Assembly: GCA_963840455.1 (NCBI GenBank)
Contig: CAWIYV010000014.1
Location: 256,001 to 320,000 of the forward strand
Length of the DNA: 64,000 bases
From: Nitrospirota bacterium
GTDB taxonomy: Bacteria; Nitrospirota; UBA9217
Direction: 5' to 3'
Position 1 is the first letter of the stretch, and every line of letters starts with the position of its first letter. Below, piece after piece: positions 40,301 through 51,308 of this stretch. The position numbers and the translations under genes were made by a program. The notes under the pieces are model-generated. The model worked only from the letters and a program-made list of their open reading frames with translations, ran no database searches and was not told the DNA's origin.

Positions 40301-43300
40301 TTGTTCCAAAACGCAGGCATGAACGAAGGACGTACCGTAATCTTTCCCAGCCCTCTCCTCTCCGGGAAGACCGGCACAGGCAGCAAAACAGGAGCGTATT
40401 CATTGAATTTGAGCACCAAGACCATTTTCGGGAACCTGCCTGATGTGCTAGCGCGCTTGCAGGGAAGAGACCTGGAGGCAAAGTGCGCCGTGTACGAGCC
40501 GCCGCTGCGATCGGAATTGTTCAGCAGCGACCAGATGGAGCAGCATGGCAAGACCCTGGCGGGTCTGCACACGCTCCTTCCGGGCCACGCTCCTGACCGG
40601 CTTCTGATGCGGTTGGCCGAGAATGAAGCCATCCTGACCGGGACCCGCAGCCTCTTGGTAGAAGCGGTCAAGACGGACCGCAGCATTGCGCCGGCGGCTG
40701 AGTGGCTGCTCGATAACTTCTATCTGATCGAAGAACAGATCCACACGGCAAGACGACACTTGCCGAAGGGTTATAGCCGGGAGTTGCCCCGCTTGCTGGA
40801 TGGACCATCTGCCGGGCTGCCGCGCGTGTATGACATCGCTCTGGAGACGATCTCGCACGGCGACGGACGGGTGGACCCGGAAAGTCTCAGCAGTTTTCTT
40901 GCGGCCTACCAGACAGTCGCCGTCCTGAAGCTGGGAGAATTGTGGGCAATCCCCATCATGCTGCGACTGGCATTGATCGAGAATCTCCGGCGCGTCGGGG
41001 CCCGGATCGCTGCCGACAGGATGGACCGAAATCTCGCCATCTATTGGGCGGACCGGATTACCGAGATTGCCGCGAAGGACCCGAAGAGCCTGATCCTGGT
41101 CATTGCGGACATGGCACGCTCAAACCCGCCGCTCAATAGCGCGTTTGTTGCAGAATTTGCACGCCGGCTTCAGGGACAGGGCCCTGCCCTGGCAATGCCG
41201 CTCACCTGGATCGAGCAGCACCTCTCCGAGTGCAACCTGACGATCGATCAGTTGGTACGGTCGGAGAGCCAGCAGCAGGCCGCTGACCAGGTTTCCATCA
41301 GCAACAGCATCGGCAGCCTCCGATTTCTGGGGGCGATGGACTGGCGTGAGTTCGTAGAGAGGATGAGCATTGTCGAGCAGACCCTGCGTGAGGATCCCCG
41401 CGGAACATACAGCAAAATGGATTTTGCTACTCGTGACCGGTACCGTCACGTGGTGGAGAAAATAGCGAAGAGCGGCCGGCTTTCTGAAAGAGAGGTGGCA
41501 ATCAAAGCAATCAGGCTCGCGCGCGAGAGCGCGGCCCATGAAGACGAGTCTCAAGACGGATTCGATCGCGCGGCTCATGTCGGCTTTTACCTGATCGACA
41601 AGGGACTGGCGCAGCTTGAACACCTGGCAGGGGTCCGGTTATCTGTCACCGAGTTCCTTCGAAAGGCGGGTAGCCGTTTTCCCTTGTTCTTCTATCTGGG
41701 CACGATCATGCTGATCACGGTGATTTTCACCGGCGTCTTGCTGGCGAAGGCGAACGCGAACGCTGATGGTTTGCAACCCTGGCTCCTTCTGTTAACGGGC
41801 ATCCTCTCATTGCTGAGTGCGAGTCAGTTGGCAATCGGCGTGGTGAACTGGCTGGCCTCATTGCTGGTGACGCCGCATCCGCTGCCGCGCATGGACTTCT
41901 CCGAAGGAATTCCGGAGGAATCGCGCACCCTCGTGGTGGTCCCAACGTTCCTCACGAACGCTCCCGACATCGAGGATCTGGTCGAGGCGCTGGAGGTCAG
42001 GTTCCTGGCAAATCGTGACAATAACCTGCACTTCGGCCTGCTGACTGATTTTCAGGATGCAACAGAGGAGACACTGGCGGAGGACGAACCTCTGTTACTG
42101 CTTGCCCGCCAGAGGATCGACGAGCTGAATGAAAAGTACAGGAATGCCAACAGCGATACGTTTTTCCTTTTTCACCGCCCGCGCCGATGGAATCCCCGGG
42201 AGCGCCTCTGGATGGGTCACGAGCGCAAGCGGGGAAAACTTGCGGAATTGAATTCCCTTCTGCGCCGCGGCAGCGTCGACGTCTCAGGGGACTCCTTCTC
42301 CCTCGTCGTCGGCAATACCGCGGCGTTGTCGAACGTAAAGTACGTGATCACCCTTGACACGGATACGCAGCTCCCGCGCGACTCGGCGCGGCAGTTCGTG
42401 GGAACCATGGCGCACCCGTTGAATCGTGCGCGGTACGACAAAGAGAGGCAGCGTGTCTCCGAGGGATATGGAATTCTTCAGCCCCGCGTGGCCGTGAGTC
42501 TGCCGGGCACGAACCGGTCGAGGTACGCGCGGCTGTTCGGGAGTGAGCCGGGCATCGATCCGTATACGCGCGCCGTCTCCGACGTCTACCAGGACGTGTT
42601 CGGCGAAGGCTCCTTCATCGGCAAGGGGATCTATGACGTGGATGTGTTCGAACGGGCGCTGAACGAACGCTTTCCCGAGAACCGGATCCTGAGCCACGAT
42701 CTTATCGAAGGGTGTTACGCCCGGGCCGGACTGCTGAGCGATGTAATGGTGTACGAGGAATATCCTTCCCGCTACAGCGCGGACGTGAGCCGCCAGCACC
42801 GCTGGATTCGCGGTGATTGGCAGATTGCGTCGTGGTTGGCGTCGCGCGTTCCCGGACCCGGCACGTTCCGCCAGAGGAATCCGCTCTCCGTACTGTCCCA
42901 ATGGAAGATCTTCGACAATCTTCGTCGCAGTCTCGTGCCTTCAGCGTTGACGCTGATGTTGCTGCTGGGCTGGATGGTCATGCCGCCGCTCTGGTTGTGG
43001 ACCCTGGCGGTGATCGGAATCCTCCTGATTCCACCGTTGGTTGCATCGGTTCTGGAACTGTTCCGGAAGCCGGACGAGGTGCTGCTGAGGCAGCACCTCG
43101 CCGCCTCGGTACGCTCTGCGCGCAGGCGCTTCGCCCAGGCCGTATTTACGCTCGCCTGTCTCCCCTACGAAGCTTTTTTCAGTCTGGATGCTATTTTGCG
43201 CACCGCGTGGCGGATGCTGATCACGCACAAACGACTTCTGGAATGGAGCCCGTCGGGCGATACGGACCTCAATCGCCGCGCGGACCTCATCGCCTCTTGC

Positions 43301-46300
43301 CGGTCGATGTGGATCGCTCCGGTAATCGCCGCTGCAGCGGCGGTCTCCCTGGCGCTTTCGAGGCCTGTCGCGCTGGCCGTGGCCGCGCCCATACTGGCCC
43401 TCTGGTTTGCCTCCCCCGCGGTCGCCTGGTGGATCAGCCGGCCGCTCGCCCTCCCATCGCCCCGGCTTTCGGCCGACCAGACCCTCTTTCTCCGGAAGCT
43501 TTCCCGAAAGACCTGGGCGTTCTTCGAGACCTTCGTCGGCCCGGAAGATCATTGGCTGCCGCCTGATAACTATCAGGAGTATCGCGGTGCTACCGTTGCA
43601 CATCGGACGTCGCCGACCAACATGGGACTTGCGCTACTCGCAAATTTGTCCGCATATGATTTCGGTTACAGTTCAGCCGGACAACTCATAGAGCGCACGG
43701 AGAATGCGCTGCGCACGATGCAAGCCATGGAACGGCACCGGGGCCACTTCTACAACTGGTATGATACGCTGTCTCTGAAACCGCTGCTCCCTCTGTACGT
43801 TTCGTCAGTGGACAGCGGGAACCTCGTTACTCACCTGCTGACATTGCGGCCCGGTCTGCTCGCACTTCCCGACCAAAAGATCCTGAATCCGAGGTTATTT
43901 GACGGCCTCACCGATACCGTAATGATTCTCCTGGACGTTGCGGACGCAATGGCTTCAGAAGGAGTCACCCTTGTCCGACTGGCTCAACTTCGAAAGGACC
44001 TCGATCCCTTACATAATTTCCTTCCAACTACGCTCGCCGCTGCGCGCCTCCGTCTTGGCCAACTGGCTGCATCCGCCGCTGAAGTGGTCGTTAGTCTCGA
44101 TGCCCTCGGTGCGGCTCAGGATAATGACGCTGCGTGGTGGGCACGCGCGTTTGCCGGTCAATGCCGGGCCGCTCTCGATGACCTGATGTTTTTCGATGCG
44201 TCGACAGCAGGCGACAGCGATAAGATCCCGACGCTGCGCGAACTGGCGGGAATTGGCAACCAGCGCGCCCTATCGAGAATTGCGGGCATCGAACGTCTTG
44301 CGCAGCAATTAAGTGAACTCAGCCGTATAGAATATGATTTCCTGTATGACAGGTCACGCCATTTACTGGCTATCGGGTACAATGTCAGTGAGCGCCGGAG
44401 GGACTCAAGTTATTACGATCTGCTGGCTTCGGAAGCGAGGCTCTGCTGTTTCGTAGGAATTGCGCAGGGACAACTGCCGCAAGAGAGCTGGTTCAGCCTG
44501 GGACGTCTGCTCACCACCTCAGGTGGCGAGGCGGTTCTCCTTTCATGGAGCGGCTCGATGTTCGAATACCTTATGCCGCTTTTGGTGATGCCGACGTACG
44601 AACACACGTTGCTCGACCAGACCTATGCGGCGGCGGTGAAGAGACAGATAGAGTACGGGAGGCAGCGCGGCGTACCGTGGGGCATGTCGGAATCAGGCTA
44701 CAACACGGTCGACGTTCATCTCAACTACCAATACCGCGCATTTGGCGTGCCCGGCCTGGGGCTCAAACGCGGTCTTGCCGATGACCTGGTCATTGCGCCC
44801 TACGCCTCTGCGCTTGCGTTGATGGTGGCGCCTGAGGAGGCGTGTCTGAACCTGCAGCGACTCAGCGCTGAAGGCGTTGAGGCCCGGTATGGTTTTTATG
44901 AAGCAGTCGACTATACTCCTTCACGTCAACGACGCGGTCAAGAGAGAGCAGTGGTCCGGTCCTTCATGACCCACCACCAGGGCATGAGCCTCCTCTCGCT
45001 GGCCCACCTGCTTTTGGACCGTCCGATGCAGAAAAGATTCGAGTCGGACCCCTTGTTCCAGGCTACCATGCTCCTTCTCCAGGAGAGGATCCCAAGGGCG
45101 ACGGCCTTCTATCTGGAGACCCCCGAGCTCGCTGGCGTTCGCGCGACTTCCAGCGGGGCAGAAATGCCGGTGCGCGTTTTCAACAGCCCCGACACACCGA
45201 TACCGGAGGTGCAGCTTCTGTCGAACGGCAGATACCACGTAATGGTCACGAACGCGGGCGGCGGCTACAGCCGCTGGAAGGATGTCGCGGTGACACGCTG
45301 GCGCGAGGACAGCACCTGCGACAATTGGGGAACGTTCTGCTACATTCGCGACGCGGCGAGCGGGAAGTTTTGGTCGTCCGCCTATCAGCCGACGCTCAAA
45401 CGGCCGGACACCTACCAAGCGATCTTCTCGGGCGCGCGAGCGGAGTTCCGCCGCCGCGACCATGACATCGATACCCATACCGAGATCGCTGTCTCTCCCG
45501 AGGATGATATTGAGCTGCGCAGGATCACGATCACCAACCGCGGCAGAACACGCAGAGAAATTGAGGTCACAAGCTACGCGGAAGTCGTTCTTGCACCATC
45601 TGCCGCAGACGCGTTGCATCCGGCGTTCGGCAACCTCTTCGTCCAGACGGAGATCCTCCCCCAACGCCAGGCGATCCTCTGCACCCGCCGGCCCCGCTCC
45701 CGCAATGAGCCGGTGCCCTGGATGTTTCACCTGATGGCCGTGCGCGGGGCGAACACCGGGGAAGTTTCCTGCGAGACGGACCGGATGCGGTTCATCGGCC
45801 GCGGAAACACGGTCGCTGATCCGCAAGCGATGAGAAGACCCGCGGCGCTCTCGGACAGCCAGGGCTCCGTGCTCGATCCGATCGTCGCGATCCGGCATCG
45901 GATCACGCTCGATCCGGAAGAATCGGCGGCGATCGATATCGTCTCCGGCGCCTGCGAAACCCGCGACGCCGCTTTAAGCCTTGTCGGAAAATACCAGGAT
46001 CGGCGCCTCGCGGATCGCGCCTTCGACCTGGCGTGGACACACGGACAGGTGGTACTGCAACAGCTCAATGCCACGGAGGCCGATGCGCAACTCTACGGAC
46101 ACCTTGCCGGCAACGTCATCTATGCAAATTCCTCTCTGCGCGCCGACGCGAGCGTTCTCATCAAGAACCGCCGCGGGCAATCCGGCCTGTGGGGCTATTC
46201 CATTTCCGGCGATGTGCCGATCGTGCTGGTGCAGATCGCAGATCCGGCAAACATCGACCTGGTGCGCCAACTCGTGCAGGCCCACGCGTACTGGCACTTG

Positions 46301-49036
46301 AAAGGGCTGGCGGTGGACCTGGTGATCTGGAACGAAGATCACGCAGGTTACCGGCAACTGCTCCAAGAACAAATCATGGGGTTGATTGTCGCAGGCATCG
46401 AAGCCAACGTGACCGATCGGCCGGGCGGCATCTTTTTGAGGCTCGCGGATCAGATATCGGAAGAGGACCGCATTCTGCTGCAAACGGTCGCCCGCGCCGT
46501 CCTCACCGACAGCCGGGGGACGCTGTGGGACCAGATCCACCGTCGCAGACTGGCGGAAGTGCCGGTCCCGCGCTTCACGCCGACCCGAACCCATCGCGCC
46601 GAAGAACCCGCGGCTGCCGAACTGGCCCGCCGTGACCTGATCTTCTTCAACGGACTCGGAGGATTCACGCCTGACGGCCGCGAGTACATCATTACGACCT
46701 CGGCCGGGCAGAAGACTCCGGCGCCATGGGTGAATGTGATGGCAAACCCGCTTTTCGGGACAATTATTTCGGAGAGCGGAGCTGCTTACACCTGGAGCGA
46801 GAACGCCCACGAGTTCCGTCTCACTCCCTGGAACAACGATCCAATAAGCGATTCCGGCGGAGAAGCTTTTTACCTCCGCGATGAAGAAAGCGGCCGTTTC
46901 TGGTCCCCCACACCGCTGCCGGGCAGCGGGACGATGCATTACGTCAGCCGCCACGGGTTCGGTTACAGCGTCTTTGAACATGCGGAGGACGGCATCAGCT
47001 CGGAGGTATGGGTTTACGTTGCATTGGATGCATCTATCAAATTTACGGTATTGAAGGTGAAAAACAGATCCGGCCGTTCGCGCCGGCTCTCGGCCACCGG
47101 TTACGTGGAATGGGTGCTGGGAGATCTGCGGCCGAAAACGGCTATGCAGGTGATCACCGAAATCGACCCTAAAACCGGTGCGATCTTTGCGAGGAACCCG
47201 TATAACTCGGAGTTCGTTGACCGGACCGCGTTCTTTGATGCGGGTGAATCAACCCGGACCGTGACCGGCGACCGGACCGAGTTCCTCGGCCGCAACGGCA
47301 CGCTGCAAAGACCGGCTGCGATGACGCGTGCGCGGCTTTCCGGCAGGATAGGGGCCGGCCTGGACCCGTGCGCCGCTATCCAGGTCCCCTTCGATCTCGC
47401 TGACGGGCAGGAGCGGGAGATTATCTTCAGGCTCGGCGCAGGGAAAAGCTCCGATGACGCACGCAACCTGGTGCGCCGCTTCCGGGAATCCGTTGCCGCG
47501 CGCAGAGCGCTTGAAAAGGTGTGGGCGTACTGGAACCGGACCCTCGGCGCAGTGCAGGTGGAAACGCCCGACCAATCCGTCAACATGCTGGTCAACGGCT
47601 GGCTCCTCTACCAGACCCTGGCATGCCGGCTTTGGGCGCGAAGCGGATACTACCAGTCCGGGGGCGCATTCGGTTTCCGCGACCAGTTGCAGGACGTGAT
47701 GGCGCTCATCTTCTCCGAGCCACGACTCGTGCGCGAGCACCTCCTCCTCTGCGCAGCCCATCAGTTCAGGGAGGGCGATGTCCAGCATTGGTGGCATCCG
47801 CCGACAGGGCGCGGCGTTCGCACACACTGTTCGGACGATTTTCTCTGGCTGCCCCTGGCGACGTGTCGCTACGTTCTGACTACCGGAGACACGGGAGTGC
47901 TGGATGAGACCATCCGCTTCATCGAGGGCCGCCCGATAAACCCGGACGAGGACTCGTATTACGATCTTCACCACGCGTCTGAAGAAACGGCAAGCCTGTA
48001 CGATCACTGTGTGCGGGCCATTCTGAGGGGCCTCAGCCGCGGCGAACACGGCCTGCCGCTCATGGGCTCGGGAGATTGGAACGACGGTATGAACCTGGTG
48101 GGCCAGCACGGCAAGGGTGAAAGCGTCTGGCTCGGCTTTTTCCAGTATGAAGTGCTTGTGCGGTTTTCGGAGATCGCGCGGCTGCACGGCGACCCGTCAT
48201 TCGCCGAACGGTGCCGTGCTGAAGCCAATCTTGTGCGCGGGAATATAGAGGAGCATGGCTGGGATGGCGAGTGGTACCGGCGCGCTTTTTTTGACGACGG
48301 TTCTCCGCTGGGTTCGGCGAGCAATCCCGAATGCCGGATCGATTCCCTTGCGCAAAGCTGGTCTGTTCTCTCCGGCGCCGGCGATGCTGAACGCTCCCGC
48401 ACGGCAATGGAGGCAGTGGATAAGCTTCTTGTCCGACGGGAGCATCGCCTGATCCAGCTTCTCGACCCGCCGTTCGACAAATCGGATTTGAATCCCGGCT
48501 ATATCAAAGGATACGTTCCCGGTGTACGGGAGAACGGCGGGCAGTATACCCATGCGGCGGTCTGGACTGCGATGGCCTTTGCCGCATTGGGCGACAGCGT
48601 CCGCGCGTGGGACCTGCTGGCCATGATCAACCCGATAAATCATGCACGATCGCCCGAAGAAACTGCGATCTACAAAGGAGAACCCTACGTTGTCGCCGCC
48701 GACGTCTATGCGGTCTCTCCGCACATCGGGCGGGGGGGGTGGACCTGGTACACGGGATCGGCCGGGTGGATGTACCGGCTTATCGTGGAATCACTACTGG
48801 GGCTGCGGCTTGATATAGACAAGCTGCGCTTCGAGCCCTGTCTGCCTGCGGAGTGGGATTCGTTCACGGTGCATTATCGGTATCGGGAAACTATCTACCA
48901 TATCATTGTCCGGCAAACGAGCGACAAAGGCGAGGCGAGCATGATTGTCGACGGCGTTGAGCAGAGTGGCAAGAATCTATCGCTTCTTGATGACCGCCGG
49001 GAGCACGCAGTCGTGGTGAGAATTTCAGCGAGGTAG
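40301..49036 (+). CDS. cgs: Cyclic beta-1,2-glucan synthase (GT84 plus GH94 phosphorylase); true start probably further downstream
   Basis: EWLLDNFY, TLDTDT, SHDLIEG, RWIRGDW, WSGSMFEY, QSGGAFGFRDQLQD, GDWNDG, RENGGQYTH; about 2.9 kaa. Confidence 0.95.
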   Translation: MFQNAGMNEGRTVIFPSPLLSGKTGTGSKTGAYSLNLSTKTIFGNLPDVLARLQGRDLEAKCAVYEPPLRSELFSSDQMEQHGKTLAGLHTLLPGHAPDRLLMRLAENEAILTGTRSLLVEAVKTDRSIAPAAEWLLDNFYLIEEQIHTARRHLPKGYSRELPRLLDGPSAGLPRVYDIALETISHGDGRVDPESLSSFLAAYQTVAVLKLGELWAIPIMLRLALIENLRRVGARIAADRMDRNLAIYWADRITEIAAKDPKSLILVIADMARSNPPLNSAFVAEFARRLQGQGPALAMPLTWIEQHLSECNLTIDQLVRSESQQQAADQVSISNSIGSLRFLGAMDWREFVERMSIVEQTLREDPRGTYSKMDFATRDRYRHVVEKIAKSGRLSEREVAIKAIRLARESAAHEDESQDGFDRAAHVGFYLIDKGLAQLEHLAGVRLSVTEFLRKAGSRFPLFFYLGTIMLITVIFTGVLLAKANANADGLQPWLLLLTGILSLLSASQLAIGVVNWLASLLVTPHPLPRMDFSEGIPEESRTLVVVPTFLTNAPDIEDLVEALEVRFLANRDNNLHFGLLTDFQDATEETLAEDEPLLLLARQRIDELNEKYRNANSDTFFLFHRPRRWNPRERLWMGHERKRGKLAELNSLLRRGSVDVSGDSFSLVVGNTAALSNVKYVITLDTDTQLPRDSARQFVGTMAHPLNRARYDKERQRVSEGYGILQPRVAVSLPGTNRSRYARLFGSEPGIDPYTRAVSDVYQDVFGEGSFIGKGIYDVDVFERALNERFPENRILSHDLIEGCYARAGLLSDVMVYEEYPSRYSADVSRQHRWIRGDWQIASWLASRVPGPGTFRQRNPLSVLSQWKIFDNLRRSLVPSALTLMLLLGWMVMPPLWLWTLAVIGILLIPPLVASVLELFRKPDEVLLRQHLAASVRSARRRFAQAVFTLACLPYEAFFSLDAILRTAWRMLITHKRLLEWSPSGDTDLNRRADLIASCRSMWIAPVIAAAAAVSLALSRPVALAVAAPILALWFASPAVAWWISRPLALPSPRLSADQTLFLRKLSRKTWAFFETFVGPEDHWLPPDNYQEYRGATVAHRTSPTNMGLALLANLSAYDFGYSSAGQLIERTENALRTMQAMERHRGHFYNWYDTLSLKPLLPLYVSSVDSGNLVTHLLTLRPGLLALPDQKILNPRLFDGLTDTVMILLDVADAMASEGVTLVRLAQLRKDLDPLHNFLPTTLAAARLRLGQLAASAAEVVVSLDALGAAQDNDAAWWARAFAGQCRAALDDLMFFDASTAGDSDKIPTLRELAGIGNQRALSRIAGIERLAQQLSELSRIEYDFLYDRSRHLLAIGYNVSERRRDSSYYDLLASEARLCCFVGIAQGQLPQESWFSLGRLLTTSGGEAVLLSWSGSMFEYLMPLLVMPTYEHTLLDQTYAAAVKRQIEYGRQRGVPWGMSESGYNTVDVHLNYQYRAFGVPGLGLKRGLADDLVIAPYASALALMVAPEEACLNLQRLSAEGVEARYGFYEAVDYTPSRQRRGQERAVVRSFMTHHQGMSLLSLAHLLLDRPMQKRFESDPLFQATMLLLQERIPRATAFYLETPELAGVRATSSGAEMPVRVFNSPDTPIPEVQLLSNGRYHVMVTNAGGGYSRWKDVAVTRWREDSTCDNWGTFCYIRDAASGKFWSSAYQPTLKRPDTYQAIFSGARAEFRRRDHDIDTHTEIAVSPEDDIELRRITITNRGRTRREIEVTSYAEVVLAPSAADALHPAFGNLFVQTEILPQRQAILCTRRPRSRNEPVPWMFHLMAVRGANTGEVSCETDRMRFIGRGNTVADPQAMRRPAALSDSQGSVLDPIVAIRHRITLDPEESAAIDIVSGACETRDAALSLVGKYQDRRLADRAFDLAWTHGQVVLQQLNATEADAQLYGHLAGNVIYANSSLRADASVLIKNRRGQSGLWGYSISGDVPIVLVQIADPANIDLVRQLVQAHAYWHLKGLAVDLVIWNEDHAGYRQLLQEQIMGLIVAGIEANVTDRPGGIFLRLADQISEEDRILLQTVARAVLTDSRGTLWDQIHRRRLAEVPVPRFTPTRTHRAEEPAAAELARRDLIFFNGLGGFTPDGREYIITTSAGQKTPAPWVNVMANPLFGTIISESGAAYTWSENAHEFRLTPWNNDPISDSGGEAFYLRDEESGRFWSPTPLPGSGTMHYVSRHGFGYSVFEHAEDGISSEVWVYVALDASIKFTVLKVKNRSGRSRRLSATGYVEWVLGDLRPKTAMQVITEIDPKTGAIFARNPYNSEFVDRTAFFDAGESTRTVTGDRTEFLGRNGTLQRPAAMTRARLSGRIGAGLDPCAAIQVPFDLADGQEREIIFRLGAGKSSDDARNLVRRFRESVAARRALEKVWAYWNRTLGAVQVETPDQSVNMLVNGWLLYQTLACRLWARSGYYQSGGAFGFRDQLQDVMALIFSEPRLVREHLLLCAAHQFREGDVQHWWHPPTGRGVRTHCSDDFLWLPLATCRYVLTTGDTGVLDETIRFIEGRPINPDEDSYYDLHHASEETASLYDHCVRAILRGLSRGEHGLPLMGSGDWNDGMNLVGQHGKGESVWLGFFQYEVLVRFSEIARLHGDPSFAERCRAEANLVRGNIEEHGWDGEWYRRAFFDDGSPLGSASNPECRIDSLAQSWSVLSGAGDAERSRTAMEAVDKLLVRREHRLIQLLDPPFDKSDLNPGYIKGYVPGVRENGGQYTHAAVWTAMAFAALGDSVRAWDLLAMINPINHARSPEETAIYKGEPYVVAADVYAVSPHIGRGGWTWYTGSAGWMYRLIVESLLGLRLDIDKLRFEPCLPAEWDSFTVHYRYRETIYHIIVRQTSDKGEASMIVDGVEQSGKNLSLLDDRREHAVVVRISAR

Positions 49037-49132
49037 GTTCTTGCTTTGCGGATTTACCGTTACATAACACCAGAACTGACAGGCCGATCATGTGCATGCA
49101 GACTGCAAGTAACGATTCGCGCTATGTGCAAA

Positions 49133-49213
49133 TTGAAGTTCCCTGCAGCAAGCTGCAGGGAATCCTAGGTCCTCAAGGACAATCATTATCCTAAGCGCTC
49201 GCTAACCCCCTGC
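49133..49213 (-). repeat. Double-hairpin element, partial copy overlapping the ald stop
   Basis: Minus strand ggggttagcgagcgcttaggataa...ccctgcagcttgctgcagggaacttcaa. Confidence 0.85.
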
Positions 49214-50295
49214 ACTCGCTGTCCCGTCGCCTTTTTCAGCGCCTCGTTCGTGATCTTGCCCCGGTAGGTGTTCAAGCTGCTCCGTATCTCCGCGTTCTCC
49301 CCGATCGCCTTCTCTATCCCCTTGTTCGCGAGGAGCTTCACATAGGGCAGCGTGGCGTTCGTGAGCGCGAGCGTGGACGTGCGCGGGTAGGCGCCGGGCA
49401 TGTTCGCTACGCAGTAGTGGATGATGCCGTCCACCTCGAACACGGGGTCGTCGTGCGTCGTCGGGTGCGATGTCTCGACGCATCCGCCCTGGTCCACGGA
49501 CACGTCCACGATCACGGAGCCGCGCTTCATCGTCTTCAGCATGTTCCGGGATACGAGGATGGGAGTCCTGCCGCCGGGCACGAGGATCGCGCCGATGACG
49601 ATATCGGCGTCCCTGATCTCTTCCTCGACCGCGTGGGCGGAGAGGGGGAGGGTCCGCACGCGGCCCTTGAACTGCTCGTCGATCCGCTGCAGCCCGGCGG
49701 GGTTCCGGTTGATCACCACGGTCTCCATGCCCAGCCCCATGGCCACGCGAGCGGCATTGGTCCCCACAACGCCGGCGCCGAGAACGACGATCTTTCCGGG
49801 CAGGACGCCCGAGACCCCGGTCGGCAGGATGCCTGAGCCGCCCTTGAAACGCTGAAGATAAAAGGCAGCCATGAGCGGCGCCATGCGGCCGGCGACCTCG
49901 CTCATGGGAGCGAGCAGGGGGAGCCGCCGGTCCTTCTCCAGGGTCTCGTATGCCAGGCCGGTGATCTTCTTGGTGAGCAGGACCTTTGTCAGCTCTGGGT
50001 TCGGCGCGAGGTGGAGATAGGTGAAGAGTGCGACATCCTCACGGAGCATTGCATACTCCGATGGAAGCGGCTCCTTCACTTTGACGATCAGTTCGGCCCT
50101 GTTGAAGACGGCCTCCCGCGCTGCCGTCTGGCCGCCGGCACGCTGGTATTCGTCGTCTAGAAAACCGCTCCCGAGGCCGGCCCCGGCCTCCAGGAGCACC
50201 TGATGACCGTCCCGCGCGAGTTCACGCGCTCCCGTGGGCGTGAGGCCTACACGGAACTCCTCGGTCTTGATCTCTTTCGGAACGCCGATGATCAT
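49186..50295 (-). CDS. ald: Alanine dehydrogenase
   Basis: GVPKEIK, KVKEP, YLHLA, MSEVAGR, VDQGGC, VANMPGA. Confidence 0.97.
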   Translation of the reverse strand: MIIGVPKEIKTEEFRVGLTPTGARELARDGHQVLLEAGAGLGSGFLDDEYQRAGGQTAAREAVFNRAELIVKVKEPLPSEYAMLREDVALFTYLHLAPNPELTKVLLTKKITGLAYETLEKDRRLPLLAPMSEVAGRMAPLMAAFYLQRFKGGSGILPTGVSGVLPGKIVVLGAGVVGTNAARVAMGLGMETVVINRNPAGLQRIDEQFKGRVRTLPLSAHAVEEEIRDADIVIGAILVPGGRTPILVSRNMLKTMKRGSVIVDVSVDQGGCVETSHPTTHDDPVFEVDGIIHYCVANMPGAYPRTSTLALTNATLPYVKLLANKGIEKAIGENAEIRSSLNTYRGKITNEALKKATGQRVQGVSERLG

Positions 50296-50402
50296 GGTCC
50301 TTCCTCCTGCCTTAAGTATAGCATTTGCCGATACCGGACCGTTCTCGGGAATACCACGATAAGGTCTTGACTCCCCATTTGATTTTCGGTATTATTTGCC
50401 GC

Positions 50403-50519
50403 TGAATCCAGGAGCGAGCGCATTCCCCGTAGCTTGCTGCGGGGTTAGCGAGCGATTAGAATAAAGATTATTACCTTGAGGATCGAAGATTCCCTGCAGC
50501 TTGCCGCAGGGAGCTTCAA
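50403..50519 (+). repeat. Double-hairpin element, consensus-like 117-bp copy
   Basis: tgaatccaggagcgagcgcattccccgtagcttgctgcggggttagcgagcg...ccctgcagcttgccgcagggagcttcaa. Confidence 0.92.
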
Positions 50520-50548
50520 CAACAATCCATCCATTCAACGGAGGACGT

Positions 50549-51085
50549 ATGGCGGAAGAAAAGAAGGAACCGTGGCTCAACTATCTCGCATTGACAACCG
50601 TGATCTTCGCGGTGTGCGCTACGCTCTCGACCCTGAAGGGCGGCGGGTTCTCGACCCGGGCGGTGATGTCCCAGTCCCAGGCATCGGACCAGTGGGCCTA
50701 TTACCAGGCGAAGAGCATCAAGGGATACGTCTATGAACTTCAGAAGGAGAAGTTCGAGCTGGACCTGATGGCAAACAAAGGCCTGTCCCGGACGCTTGCC
50801 GCGGACTATGAAAAACGGATAGGGGCCTATACGGAGAAAATCGAGCGGTATGAGAAGGAGAAGGAGGAGATCAAGAAAAAGGCCGAGGACCTCGAGACGC
50901 GGCGCGATGATTCGCAGCAGCATTCCGGGGCCTTCGGCTTGGCGGCCATGTTCCTGCAGATCGCGATCCTGCTCTCCTCGATCGCGGCCCTCATGAAGAA
51001 GAAACTGTTCTGGTTCATCGGCATGGGCGCGGGCTGCTTCGGCCTGCTGTACTTCTTCAACGGGTTCTTCCTGTTCATGAAATAA
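50549..51085 (+). CDS. DUF4337-like membrane protein
   Basis: ASDQWAYYQAKSIK, coiled coil, LQIAI.LSSI. Confidence 0.85.
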   Translation: MAEEKKEPWLNYLALTTVIFAVCATLSTLKGGGFSTRAVMSQSQASDQWAYYQAKSIKGYVYELQKEKFELDLMANKGLSRTLAADYEKRIGAYTEKIERYEKEKEEIKKKAEDLETRRDDSQQHSGAFGLAAMFLQIAILLSSIAALMKKKLFWFIGMGAGCFGLLYFFNGFFLFMK

Positions 51086-51105
51086 TGTCTCGTCTCACCG
51101 GGACT

Positions 51106-51140
51106 CAGGAGCGAGCGCAGTCCCCGCAGTCTGCTGCGGG
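51106..51140 (+). repeat. Left-hairpin remnant of the double-hairpin element
   Basis: caggagcgagcgcagtccccgcagtctgctgcggg. Confidence 0.7.
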
Positions 51141-51151
51141 AGCATCAGCAC

Positions 51152-51189
51152 GGAAAAGGCGGTCCAATGACCGCCTTTTCCATTTTTTT
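51152..51189 (+). terminator. Intrinsic terminator
   Basis: ggaaaaggcggtc-caat-gaccgccttttcc followed by a T run. Confidence 0.8.
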
Positions 51190-51308
51190 AGCCCGGGCAC
51201 GGTCTGTTTCGTTCCATCCGATTCTGGTATATAATATATCCATATATTTGTGCTATGGCCTTCTCCGGCGGGGCTGTGAGTTTCGATGATGGATGAGGGG
51301 GAGTTTGC

